Source: Eledone cirrhosa
Lineage: Eukaryota
NCBI GenBank assembly: GCA_964016885.1
Contig: OZ024741.1
Location: 376,278,001-376,342,000, forward strand
Length of the DNA: 64,000 nt
Reading direction: 5' to 3'
Part shown: positions 32,097 through 44,879 of the stretch, one piece after another
Layout: the number at the start of each line of letters is the position of its first letter
How positions within the stretch are numbered: position 1 is the stretch's first letter
Notes under the pieces: model-generated
Seen by the model: the letters and a program-made list of their open reading frames with translations, nothing else
What the model was told of the DNA's origin: nothing
Databases searched by the model: none
Translations under genes and position numbers: made by a program

Positions 32097-32234
32097 TCAT
32101 CATTTTACGATCGTTTCTAGGATATATATGTGTGTTGGCATGTATATCATATAGATCTATGTAAAAATATTTTACAAACTATCAGAGGAAATATACATAC
32201 CTCCTCATAAATATGCTGTCTTCAGAAATAATGA
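32097..32234 (-). ncRNA. Type I hammerhead ribozyme with ~100-nt helix-II insert
   Basis: tcattattt-CTGAAGA-(101 nt)-GAAA-cgatcg-TA-aaatgatga: 9-bp helix I (one G-U), palindromic helix III, GUA triplet. Confidence 0.7.
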
Positions 32235-33057
32235 TACTTGTTTACTGAAAAAAATCCAACAAAGTTTTAATATAATAGGTCTGTTTGGGAACAGGTCTTG
32301 AATTGACCAATAAAAATGTAGTAATAGGTCAAGTTGATAGAATAGTAGTAGTAGAAATTTAATTTAGGAGTAGAGGAATGCAGACTTAAATTTTGAATGG
32401 AAAGAATACTTTGAATAAAAAGAATATTTTGAAGATGAAAAGAGGTCAAGCCGGTGAAGGTTACACGAAAATGTGATGCTATTAAAGAATAATGTTAATG
32501 TTAAAACCGAAGAAGAATAACATTTTAGGGTAAAGGTGTTAGTGAGAAATACCAATCTTATTTAAAACACAAGGAATCTAGATCTATAACAAGAAATTAA
32601 ATTAATTGATAGGTATACTTTTAGGGATACATTTATATTACTTCATATGGATGTGATAAATAAGAATTTGATGTTATTAAAGAATGTTGTTAAAAACGAA
32701 GGAAAATAAAAGTTTGGGATAAGTGTAGTAGTAAGAAATACCAATTTTATATAGACTACAACGAATCTAGATTCATAACAGGAAATTAAATTAATTTATA
32801 TGTATGCTTTTAGGAATTAATTTTAGGAAAAGAGAGCTGTAAGAGGGAAATAAAATTATGAAGTTCTCTGTAGTAAAGTACTAATGATAGGTTAACTAAA
32901 TTAAAAAAACTAATTATAATAATAGGTAAAATATAAGTGTAAGGTGTATATTAATTAGGTTTATAATATTTGAAAGTTCTTCTAATTCTATGATTGCAAG
33001 ATATTATTAATTCTTGTTGCTTATTTAATAGGATATCCTTAGATTTCATTATTTCAA

Positions 33058-33237
33058 GTGGATTGGCAGTATCAGTAGAGAGTCGGACGCCATGCTTTAC
33101 ACCATAGTTACGTCCCTTTAAGGTCTGAGTTCAAATCCCGCCGAGGTTAACTTTGCCTTTCATCCTTACGGGGTCGATAAAATAAAGTACCAGTAATGTA
33201 CTGGGTAATTGCTGGCCTTGTGCCAAAAGTAGAAACA
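33058..33237 (+). mobile_element. tRNA-derived SINE interrupting the PLE endonuclease C-terminus
   Basis: Full SINE with 10-bp TSD attatttcaa. Confidence 0.9.
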
Positions 33238-35500
33238 ATTATTTCAAATTGTTCCTGGGAGCATAATCTACACTCATATCTGTTATTTTGATAAGGGGTG
33301 GCCCTTTTGAGCACACTATAGGCCAGGTTGTAATCGATATTATTTTTTCTATAATTATTAATTATTTCAGCCAATGCGGCATTTTTAAAACTATGTTTGT
33401 GGGTATTAAATCTTACTTTAAATTGGTTAGAAGTAGTTCCTCTATATGAATAAGTTGAGTCCTTAGTGCTAATTTTACATGTATATACTATATTATTAAT
33501 AAGACAATTTCCCTTTAATGGGCAATTTCTTTTGTTTCTACAGTTACAACCATTCGTGAATATTATATCAGGGGAGTTAGTCAAATTTGGTGTGGAATTT
33601 ACTCGACTTGTTATATGTGAAGGAGATGGTGGTTTGTTGCGGTTTATTTTAGTATTATGGTTGGTTTGATGTGTTGGTGGTATATCGTGTTTTTTTTTAC
33701 ATTTATATGCATTGTACGGACTTATATTTTGTTGTATATTTTTGGTAGTGGAGTATTAAAATTTGACAGTTGATCTATTTAAAATTTGATGGTATTTATG
33801 TTTTCTCTAGGATAGTAAACATTTTTTTAGGGATATTATCTTTAATTTGTAGATTAAATGGAGCATTATACCAAGTAACTCGTCTATTACGGTTTCGATG
33901 TTGTGTTTTATATTTATACGATGTATCAGGATGTTTACTAAGAGAGTTACTATTAGTGATTTTATTATATATAGGTTTAGTTAGATTAACTGATTTAGGT
34001 GATTTAGTCTGATTATTAGGAATTTTGTTAGTAATGTTGTTAACATATATTGGAGTATTAGGATGAATAGTTTTTTGAAAGTTATTATATTTTATGTGAG
34101 AAGAGGTAGATAAATTAAGTTTTAGGTTGGTATTTTGGGGTGTAGTATGAGTGGCATTTAGGTGTGTGTTTTTCATTTGGTGTTTGTTGGTAATATTCGG
34201 TTGTATGTTTGAAGTATTATTGGTGCAAGGTATATAGACTAATTTGTTTTTGTGGCCGCTTCCAGCTAAAGATTCTTTATAAAAAGGCGCATTTTTATCG
34301 AATACATCCTGGTTAGATGAAAGGTTAGAAATTCTGAGTGAGATATTATATGCTAGGTTTTTAAGGATAGATCTAGGGTGATTGGATTGTGAGTGTATGT
34401 AATGTAAGTTTTGGTTTGGTTTATGGTAAGGTTGGTAGATACCCGTAGATAAGTCTAAAGTTATATCTAGGAAATTAACTATTTTACTGGTGTTTTCAAA
34501 TGTATAGTGAGACTATAATAGTCTTTGAGGAAAGTTCGAAGAAGTTTTTTATTTTTTTCAATTTCTGATAGGCTAAGGTTAGTGGAAAGAAGAATACAGT
34601 CATCACGATATAAACCACCTTTAAGGAGAATGTATGTTAAATAGAAGAAAGAGGCCCACAAGATCGGTAATTTGGGCAGAATCATTAGAGCCCATAGTAA
34701 TGTTGAATATATTACTTATGTATTTCTGGTCCAGTATTCCTTCTGAAATTCCAGTAGTGTTTGTCTAGCGTGCGTGATAATATTAATGTCATCCATAGTT
34801 AAGTTTGATCTATTTTTGGCAAATATCAAGTCTTTGTTCAGGAGTATGGGTGATGTAGAGGGATAATAACCATCTATATCAAATTATAGAAATGAAGCAG
34901 ATGATTTATTTCTAATATTAGTAAACCAGTTAATTACTTGGGATGTGTTTTCCCAGAGTGGTAAATTAACGTGTTTTCTTAATTGTGGGATGATTCTGTC
35001 TAAAATTTGTTTACTAATGATGCCAATGTCAGATTTGGAAGGGCATATAAGTCTTATAGAAGGATTAGAGTTAAAGTTAGATTTGTGATCTTTCAGGTTA
35101 AAGTGTGGGCTTTTTTCAGTGCCAAAGGTTCAGTTCTGTCTTCAATATTGAGTTTATTTTTACTATGTTGTGTGTTTTGTTGCTGGGATTGGTAAGCGCC
35201 GCATTATTTGTTTTTTTAAATAATTTTTCCTGAGTTCTTTATAAATGGACTCATTTTAATTATCAATATCCATGTGGTATAGATTTCCAGTTTTTTCAGA
35301 GTGGACGTGGACTCTGTTAGATTTTTTTTAGATCCAATAGGGTAGAGTCAAGATCCTTTTGAAAATTAGATTTATATTTCTTAAATTTGAGGTGTTTGAT
35401 TAAGTTAAATAGGTCTTTCTCGAAGTTTTCAAGCAAGGAGTTGTGTGGTGGGCTCTTATATGTAGTGAAATCATATAATTATTTCTTATCCGTACATTTT

Positions 35501-35551
<51 letters not shown>

Positions 35552-35882
35552 AATTTTATTACAGCAGCAACGAAGCTTTTGGCAGCAGCCGAGATAACAA
35601 ATGTAGATTCGGTGTGCGTCACGTAGACATCAAATGAAACATAACGTTTAGCATACAATATACATCACATATTACATACAACATCTCCGCTAGGTTTCTG
35701 TAAATCCGAGATCGACAAATTCCACTTGCAAGTTAATGGCTTTTGACGACACAACAAAGGAATTTACTTCGTCAACAAGTTTTTATCGCTCTATTCTTCA
35801 ACGGGTGTATTTTCTAGCAGTAAATTTCGCTAGAGACACGTGGTTTTCCGATATAGATTTTAGTCTTCAAATGTATTATTAT

Positions 35883-35953
<71 letters not shown>

Positions 35954-36239
35954 ATATTAATAAATGGAAACTATATTTATAAAACCATAATTATTTTATT
36001 ATATATATTTCAAGGGCAACCAAGTATGTTTTGGTGCTCTTTTATCAGATAAAATACAAAATTTGTTTTATAAATAGTGACATAGCCGTGGAAAACAACC
36101 TTGACGGTTGAAAATTCGCTGGATAGTGAAAAACTTTATTGAGGGTAATTCAAAGTTCTGTGTGAATGTGCAAATGAATGTCCGAAAAATTGAAAAAAAC
36201 AACCGTTTATTTAAGTTATGCTTTGGGAAGAAGAGAGAG

Positions 36240-36651
36240 AAAAAAAGAAAAGAAAAGAAAAGAAAAGAAAAGAAAAGAAAAGAAAAGAAAAGAAAAGAAA
36301 AGAAAAGAAAAGAAAAGAAAAGAAAAGAAAAGAAAAGAAAAGAAAAGAAAAGAAAAGAAAAGAAAAGAAACGAAACAAAAAGAAACGAAAAGAAAAGAAA
36401 AGAAAAGAAAAGAAAAGAAAAGAAAAGAAAAGAAAAGAAAAGAAAAGAAAAGAAAAGAAAAGAAAGAAAAGAAAAGAAAAGAAAAGAAAAGAAAAGAAAA
36501 GAAAAGAAAATAAAATAAAATAAAATAAAATAAAATAAAATAAAATAAAATAAAATAAAATAAAATAAAATAAAATAAAATAAAATAAAATAAAATAAAA
36601 TAAAATAAAATAAAATAAAATAAAATAAAATAAAATAAAATAAAATAAAAT
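36240..36651. repeat. Compound pentanucleotide array (GAAAA)n then (TAAAA)n
   Basis: Read directly; switch near 36510. Confidence 0.95.
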
Positions 36652-37692
36652 ATTAGTATATTTAGAAGTAGAGTGAAGAAATACAGTGAAGAAAGAGCGA
36701 AGAAAGAAGCTTATCCGAGGATGAGTTCATATAAACGTAAATACGTCTTATGTTTATGTTACATATTTATGTTACGTATATTTACTAATAATTGTTAGAA
36801 TTCTATTATAATAAATATTTATTTACTATCATAAGTATATAGAAAAAATAAAGATATATTAAAAATAAAAATATATGGATATTCTCGTAAAAAAATGTGT
36901 CTTGCCAGCTGGACAAACAAAGCAACAATCCAGCTGTAATATACGAAGCTTAGCTCTCCCCCATTGAATCGACACCAACAAAACGTATCATTGGAATACG
37001 TTTGTATATCAGAGATCAGATTTAAAAAGCGCTTCCTCAATCGCGAAACGACCCAAATAAACGAAACAACACAAATTTTGCAAATAAAATATGATAACTC
37101 AAAGAGAGGAACATTGATTTCTCCATCAGATGTAAGATACTAGACAAATCTCGGTCATATGTAAACGGGCTCAAGGCTTACATATTATGTAACGATGAAA
37201 GTGGTGGATTTTAAATAATCACCACAAAAATAACAATCCACTTAACACTCACAGAAATTTCTTCTCGAGATGCTCTCTTGTTTCTCAGTATTTTGTAAGA
37301 AAATGACCTCTTTAATATCACTTTATGTCTTTCTTAACTAATCGATTTTTCCCTAACGAATCGATTTTTTTCCAGCCCTCAATATTATAAGGAGCGTTTG
37401 CTCGCTATCTTAATTGTTTAGGTCAAATTGTCTCTGTTTGACAATCCAGATTATCGGCCCTTGGTTCGACTCTTACCTTTCTTCTTTTTCGCTCCTGTGA
37501 GTAGACACTTTCCGGTTCATTTTTATCAAGGTGCGTTGTATAAGTTGGTCCTCAGTGACCAACAAATCGTACTTAGCTAGTATGGCGCCGTTGTAGTATC
37601 TGGCCGGAATAATTATATATATGTATACACACACACACACACATACACACACACACACACACACACATACGCATACACATACACACATACAT

Positions 37693-37734
<42 letters not shown>

Positions 37735-38782
37735 AGTTATTGTGGAATGATTTTCGTGATCAAATCGAGAGCGGTAGCAAGATGCAACTGTAATTCACTT
37801 ATGATATTATTTTGATGAAAGTCTTAGAAACGAGAATTATTTTAAAATGTCAGCATATATGACCACAAATCCTGCAGCCCTACCAGAAAACACTATCATA
37901 CTGTAGGCGTTTAACTTTCAATGCACTCTCGTTTACCTAATTATTACCATACAAAGCTATTGGAGAATGTTTCCGCTGAATATATGTCCTTACATCTAAC
38001 TAACTTAAGGATACTGTTTAAGATATGTTAGTTTCAATATTAATCTCTTAATGAAATAATTTGAATGTTTTATTTAACCTTTTCCAAGTCTGTCACCACG
38101 GCCACCGTTCATATTGCAAGAAATTATGAAAAATAACACTTCGGTATCATCATATTTCTAGAGATTAATTTTTCAAATTGTCGAAAATATACAAGCTTCA
38201 GATGGATGATCAGAGTACGCATCGTTACAAGAATTAACATATCTCTTTTATTCAGGCGTAACCATCAAAGAAATGCAAATACACTTTACAATGATTTATG
38301 ACAATAATTCCAGTTTAATTGATAGAGGTAAAACTACTGCCAATCTCTATGGCATTTTTGAACTGAGATTTTGTAATGTCTGCATGATAATTAGCAATGT
38401 CAAACTGCATGAATTTGCAATCGTTTGCTATATCACTGCAATTGAAAACTTCATAACAGAAATATCATTGTTCCGTTATAATAATCTTGTATCCTATTGC
38501 ATTTATAAAATATTATTTAGAATATGCATATTTACTATACCACATTTCCACGTAGCAGCGTTGTATAGCATACATTTATAAATTAATAGAGGTTCTCATA
38601 ATGTTTCAGTCTTATACATTCAGCAACATCATGTATATTATCTTGATTTCAAACGATTGTTTCTTCGTTTATGTTTTTATGTGTATAGCAATTTGTATTT
38701 GTAAGAGTTGAATGTATTGTGAGACAAAAGTCAAGAATGTGTGGAATTACCAGCTTTATGTCGGTATTTATATCTTTTAGCG

Positions 38783-38866
<84 letters not shown>

Positions 38867-38935
38867 ACGCACACGCACACACACACACACATATATAGTA
38901 AAAATAATAAAAATAATAATAATAATAATAATAAT

Positions 38936-39119
38936 TGTTTCTACTTTAGGCACAAGGGCAGCAATTCACCAGTGCATTACTGGTACTTTATATTATCGAC
39001 CCTGTAAGGATGAAAGGCAAAGTCAACCTCGGCGGGATTTGAACTCAGATCGTAAAGGGACGTAACTATGCTGGAAAGCATGGCGTCCGACACTCTACCG
39101 ATACTGCCAATCCACAGCC
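38936..39119 (-). mobile_element. tRNA-derived SINE inserted in (AAT)n
   Basis: Reverse complement of the SINE consensus, with (AAT)n on both sides. Confidence 0.85.
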
Positions 39120-39123
39120 ATAA

Positions 39124-39167
<44 letters not shown>

Positions 39168-39168
<1 letters not shown>

Positions 39169-42100
39169 TTTTTTTTTATTAACCACAAGGGTTTACATAA
39201 AGTAGACATTAAGGACAATACAGGACGGTACAAATGGGCATTTCTGCGTGTAAAAAAAACAGAGGATGTAATAAAATAACAAAGAAAAATTCCCCAATAC
39301 GGGGGAGACTTCCGAGGGACATTTGTGGGGAAAGCCCATTAAAAGACCACAGTGACCCTGACCACCAGGGCAAGTGCCCTCTCCCAGTTTTCCACCTTTA
39401 ATTTACAGACACATACTCAGAGAAGCCCATTTATTCGGGCCATACTTGCTTCTCTCACCCATCTTTCAACAAAATGCTGGGAAGAGAGCACTTCCCTCTC
39501 TACCCTGATTTTCCTTTTCAAATGAAATTAGAAAAAGTTAATCAGGGCATCACCGAAGAGGTAAGTGCTCGTCTTCAGCCCTTTCAAACGTGTCCACCAT
39601 ACTATCACTTTCGCCATGGCCACCAGACAGATAAAAACTGCCTGCCCTTCCCGGCTAAAGGAAGAGGGCGGGGCAATACTCACGGTGGACTCAGCTGATA
39701 GCTGGATCCTGCACGTGACAGCAGGTGTTCGACATAAACCCACGAGTCAGCAATGCTCGGACACTGGACGAGTGCGTGCAGGACGGTTTCATCGCCCTGT
39801 GCGCATCTCGGACATGCCCGGCTGACGGCACCTCCATGCCTGTAGAGTTTATGCCGAACTGGCAAAGCTCCCCGGTAGCTCTGCCAGGCCAGGGATTTCT
39901 GGAAGTTGTCCATAGGCCCCGGCCCGAAAGTCCTTCCGAAGAGATTGGCTAGTTGATTTTCGACTGATCTAAATTTATCAAAGACCCACCCGTGCTAGGT
40001 TCCTAGCTACCCTCTCTACGATGTATCGCATGAGGTGGAGGTTGTCGTGCATGGATCTGTCGGGAATGGTGCATGTCTGTGCGTCTCCCACCAGATCGCC
40101 AACGACAAGCGCCAACCTCTTTGCTCGCACCTTGGCCAAAATCTTGAACTCTGTGTTTAGCAGAGTTATGGGCCTAAAATTATCTATGTTATCCCCCTTG
40201 TTCGGATCCTTTCTCAGCAGCACCACTGCTCCTCGTGTCACAGAGCTGGGAATTCTCCCGTTCTGTTGCCAGTTGCAGTAGACGTCCGCCAAGAGGCCTC
40301 CGAAGAAGTCTGGCATTTGTACGCAAAGTTCATAGCGCAGACCATCCAAACGAGGCGATTTACCCTTTGTTCAGCCAGTCATTGCCTCCTGTACTTCAGC
40401 GGCTGTTATCGGCTTTTCGCAACACTCCGCCACAGTGGCCGAGAGCCGCGGCAGCCCATCGAGGTAGACCCTAAAGTCCATCCCTCGATCCGGCCCGCCG
40501 CTGCCCCCGAACAGTTGAGCGAAGTGTCGCTGAAAAGCTTCACACATTTGCCCGGGATCGAGTAGCATGCGCCCGTCGTGGTCCACCAAAGACCGGATCG
40601 TGGCTTTGTTGCCACGACGCGCCTCCGCCACTCGGGCCCATTGAACGGCTTTGGTCCCCTCGTGTCTGAGAGCACGCACCCTAGCTCTGACAACGCAGCC
40701 TTCGTGCTTTGCATTGAAGAATTGGTCAAGGGCCAATTTCACCGCAAGTAGGTCGGTCGGGATGCCTTTGCAAAGCGCCTCGTCTAATTTTCTAACTAAT
40801 TCTCCCTCTGCTCTATCTTTCTCTATTGCTAAAGCCTTACTAAACCTAATGGACTCTATTCTAATTGCTCTTTTCAGAGCAAACCACGACTTGTTGTTGA
40901 CGATGGCCCCCATCAACGCCCGCTTAGCTAGTTCGCTAATCCGGTCTCTGTAGGCCTTGCGCGCTGGTAAGGACGCGTTTAGCTTCCAGTAGCCGGGTCC
41001 TCGTCTATGAAGCCTATCTAAGTCAAGCACACTGATCACGAATTTGTGGTCCGTGTAGCTGACTATCTCGAATTGTGGACAGCCTATGCTAGACCTATCT
41101 ATTTCCCTACAAAATACTCTATCTAGATATGATCTGGATGACCCTATGCGATTGGTCCAAGTCCACATTGGTACATTCGGGAAATCCAATCGGTACCTGT
41201 CAGACAGTTCAAAATGCCTGAGCAGTTTGAGACTCTTACACCCTCCTCCCCTATCCACTAATCCGACACAGTCCCAGCGTGCATCTAAGATCCCGTTCCA
41301 GTCGCCCACTAACACTAAAGAGCGGGAAGTTCCAAGAAAGGTCTCCAGACGCCGGAAGAAATCAGGCCGCCCTGCTCCTGTCGGGGCATAGACGGCCACT
41401 AACCTGAAAGCTTGCTCGTCTCCGCTGATCACGTCCAGCACCACCAACTTACCTTCTGGGTCCAGGAAGATGGCCCGTATGGCAAGATCCAAACCTCTCG
41501 GAAAAAGCACAGCAACTCCACCTCCCGATCCCGGACGGATGGGAGATGCGTACACATCGTAGCCGCCGAAGATCGGTGCGAAGGCCCATGCTTCGGAGAT
41601 TCTGGTCTCGCTGATGGCCTCTACATCTATGTTTAGTGACCTGAGATCGTTGCGCAGGTGGCCCTGCTTCCATGACGACCCAAGCCACGCGCATTTATGC
41701 TGCCTATTCTGAATGACGTCATGTTGAAATAGAGTGGAAAAGATGGGAAAGACCACTTACCTTACTTCTCGTAGAGGAAGGACGGTTTTTCCATCCTTTT
41801 CACTGCTTGTGGCCTCCTCAGGAAGGATGTCCTTATAAATCCTCCTGGAGAGGAATTTTTGTTTTAGTGTCATGTACGTTTTCTGCGTGATGCGAGTGAT
41901 TTGTATGTGTGGAGTTGGTGTGAATTTTGGGGTTGTTGTGTAGTCTTTTTCTGTGATGCTGGTGTTGTGTGGGATGTAGTGTAATAATTGCTTGTTGTTC
42001 AAATTTAATGCTGTGTAGTGTGTATCGTTTTGGTTGTTTTGTTTTGTTTGCGTTTGTTGTGGGCTTGTTTCTGTTTCGCATTTTGGTGACTTTTGTGGTG

Positions 42101-43425
42101 TAGGTGATGGTGGTGTTGGGGTTAATGATGGTGATGGTGTTGGTGTTTGGGGTGATGGCGTTGGTGATGCTGGTGTGGATGGGGGCATATCTGTCCTAAC
42201 TTTTTTTGTTTGTTAATTTATTTGTTTCCCTCTGTATTTTGTTTTTGGAGGGGGAAGGAAGAGAATTTTTTCTTTTTTGGTTTCTTTTTTTTTTTTCTGA
42301 TACCGTTTCCCACTCCTCGTCGTCACAATCTGTGTGCAGTTGTGATAGGCCGGGGAGTGGAAAATCCTCCACAGCCGTTAGTTTTGGTTGTGGCGTGGTG
42401 GATGGTGTAGGCGCTGGTGCGAGTTCTGAAGCGTTGGGTGGTGGTGGTGTTGGTTTTGCTACTGTTGCTGGGGTTGATGCTGTTACAGTTGCTTCGGTTG
42501 TTGCTGCTACAGTTGTTGCTGTCCTCTCTGCTACTGGTGGTGTTGATGGTTGAGTCACTGGGGTGGGTAGGAGAGGTGGCCTCAACCTTTTAGCCTTGCT
42601 ATTGCTATTATCTTGGTGTTGGCTTCGATGCCGGCGAGGACGGTCGCTATTAGCCAGGGAATTTCGATGGCCGGTGGAACGTGGGTCACCCTGATCTTTA
42701 CGAGTCTCTGGCCACAATAGCTTTGGACGAGTGTAACGCCGTCACTTCTTAATGGGGCCATGGAGTGTTCGCTAGTCTCCTCTGGTGTTTCAAAGAACAC
42801 GTCTACTGTTCCATACTTCTGCCCACGTCTGATGTGGGTTTTTCTTGCCCACACATGTCCCAAAGCTTTTTGGATTTGGGACTCGGATGCCCGTTCCACT
42901 CGGCGCGATTTTACATTAATTGTTCGATACGACACGGTACATAGGTGCCGATGCTCTATTTTATTAGGTGGGGGGTGGGGGTGACCCTGTACCTATCTTT
43001 CTTTAACATTTTTTTGTCATTTTTCTAATTCCTCCTGAGTTACCGTAAATGCTTCGCACTGTTTTGCTACTCTGGCAAAACTCAGGGTGGTTTTTTTAAT
43101 GTCATTGTTGCTGTTGTTGTTATCGTTATTTTTGTTATTATTAATTTTAGTTTCAGTTTTGGTGGTGGCGACGTCAGTGGTGTTCGGTGTGGAAGAGTCC
43201 ATTGGTTGAAAACATTTCGACATCACGAGTTGATTTATTTTTTCCTTTTGTTTCTGTTGTCGCGGTGGTGGTGTGGGTGGTGGTTGGGAGTCCTTTTCGG
43301 AAAACAATGTATGTGCGCTTATAAACAGTTAACAATAAAATTTTCCATAAATGGCAATTTTTAACAAACGGAAATAACAAACCTTTGTGGCGCTCACGAT
43401 GATACGATTTACTACGTAGGTCGCC
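39168..43425 (-). mobile_element. Tx1/L1-clade LINE family A: both ends present, frameshifted, ~1.1-kb deletion in RT, inserted in (AAT)n
   Basis: 5' UTR, ORF1 pieces (43307-41757, RRM-like plus Pro/Thr-rich), ORF2 APE (VGDWN, SDH-like YTDH), RT up to INLDQSK fused to LANLFGRTF, CPRC..H..C finger, poly(A) at 39168. Confidence 0.85.
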
Positions 43426-43455
43426 AATAATAATAATAATAATAATAATAAATTC

Positions 43456-43645
43456 GAAGACTAAAATCCAAAGAGGACTCAATAAGGATAAATATATATC
43501 AAATATATAAGAACCCTAGAGCAAATATTTATTACAATAACAGATTAAAGTTTAAGCAAAGAATCGCTGCTTTCACCCTTAACGGGATCTTCTGTTAAGG
43601 GTGAAAGCAGCGATTCTTTGCATACAGTTTAATCTGTTATTTTAA
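43456..43645 (-). mobile_element. PLE pLTR fold-back, family T, with HHR-like motif at 43550-43594
   Basis: CAGAAGA-t-ccc/gttaa/ggg-t-GAAA-gca..tgc-TT-aaac; inverted partial copy at 43594-43645. Confidence 0.6.
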
Positions 43646-43744
43646 TATATTTATATATATATATGTAAGTATGCATACGTAAACACATATATACACACAC
43701 ACACATATATATATGTAAGTGTGCATACGTAAACACATATGTAT

Positions 43745-43790
<46 letters not shown>

Positions 43791-43974
43791 GCACACACAC
43801 ACACATATATATATACACACACACATATATATATATATACACACACATATACGTATGGATTATATCGAATATAACAATAGTATTCGATTCGTTTGTAAGC
43901 AAACGGCCCCATTACAGCTGTGCCGTGCCGATAACAAATTGTCATCCGTTTGCTCAACATTGGCATCGAGGAAG

Positions 43975-44013
43975 AATCAACATGTTTCTGGGTCATTACC
44001 CTTCATCAGGACT
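43975..44013 (-). ncRNA. Minimal type I hammerhead ribozyme in a solo pLTR-like island (~43852-44095)
   Basis: agtc-CTGATGA-a-gggt/aatg/accc-a-GAAA-catg-TT-gatt: canonical core, palindromic AACATGTT helix III. Confidence 0.7.
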
Positions 44014-44090
44014 GTATACCTCTGCCAATCTGTTGAGCTGCTGAAAATATATAGTATTTTCTTAAGTACACAACCCATACGTACATAAGC

Positions 44091-44136
<46 letters not shown>

Positions 44137-44201
44137 GTGTGTGTGTGTACGTGTGCATACTTAGATCTATATAGCTGTGCTAGGTTGAGAAATAAAATTC
44201 T

Positions 44202-44431
<230 letters not shown>

Positions 44432-44879
44432 ATATATATATATTTATATATATATATATTTACATTAAGTAGATGATTTCATCTTCGTATGCAGAAGCTT
44501 CTACTAGCTATAGGCGCCCTCTTTAAATCATATATTGTTAATCATATTTAACAGAACAGAATGCAAATTTCGAAATATTTAATAGTGGTATAAATTAAAG
44601 GGCAGTTAAGGAATAGACTATAAGATGCACATACGAATATATATAAAGTTTAGTGTATAATTATTACCCTCATCTTATAAATACTCAGACACATACACAC
44701 AGACACATACACACGTACACAGACACAAACACAGATACAAACAAACATACATACACACATACACACACACAAACACACACAAACACACACACGCACACAC
44801 ATATATTTATATGTGTGTGTGTTTGTGTGTGAATAGTGTATATATATTTATATACACTATTCACACACAAACACATATT

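Larger units (their letters stand above)
31917..35503 (-). mobile_element. Near full-length decayed Naiad-clade Penelope-like element
   Basis: FEKDLFNLI, ITLKDHKSNF..IRLICPSKSDIG, FDIDGYYPS, GGLYRDD, WYNAPF, CNC..CPL..C, GIY-YIG and CRLC motifs; ~1-kb 3' pLTR with HHR; (TA)n on both sides. Confidence 0.85.
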
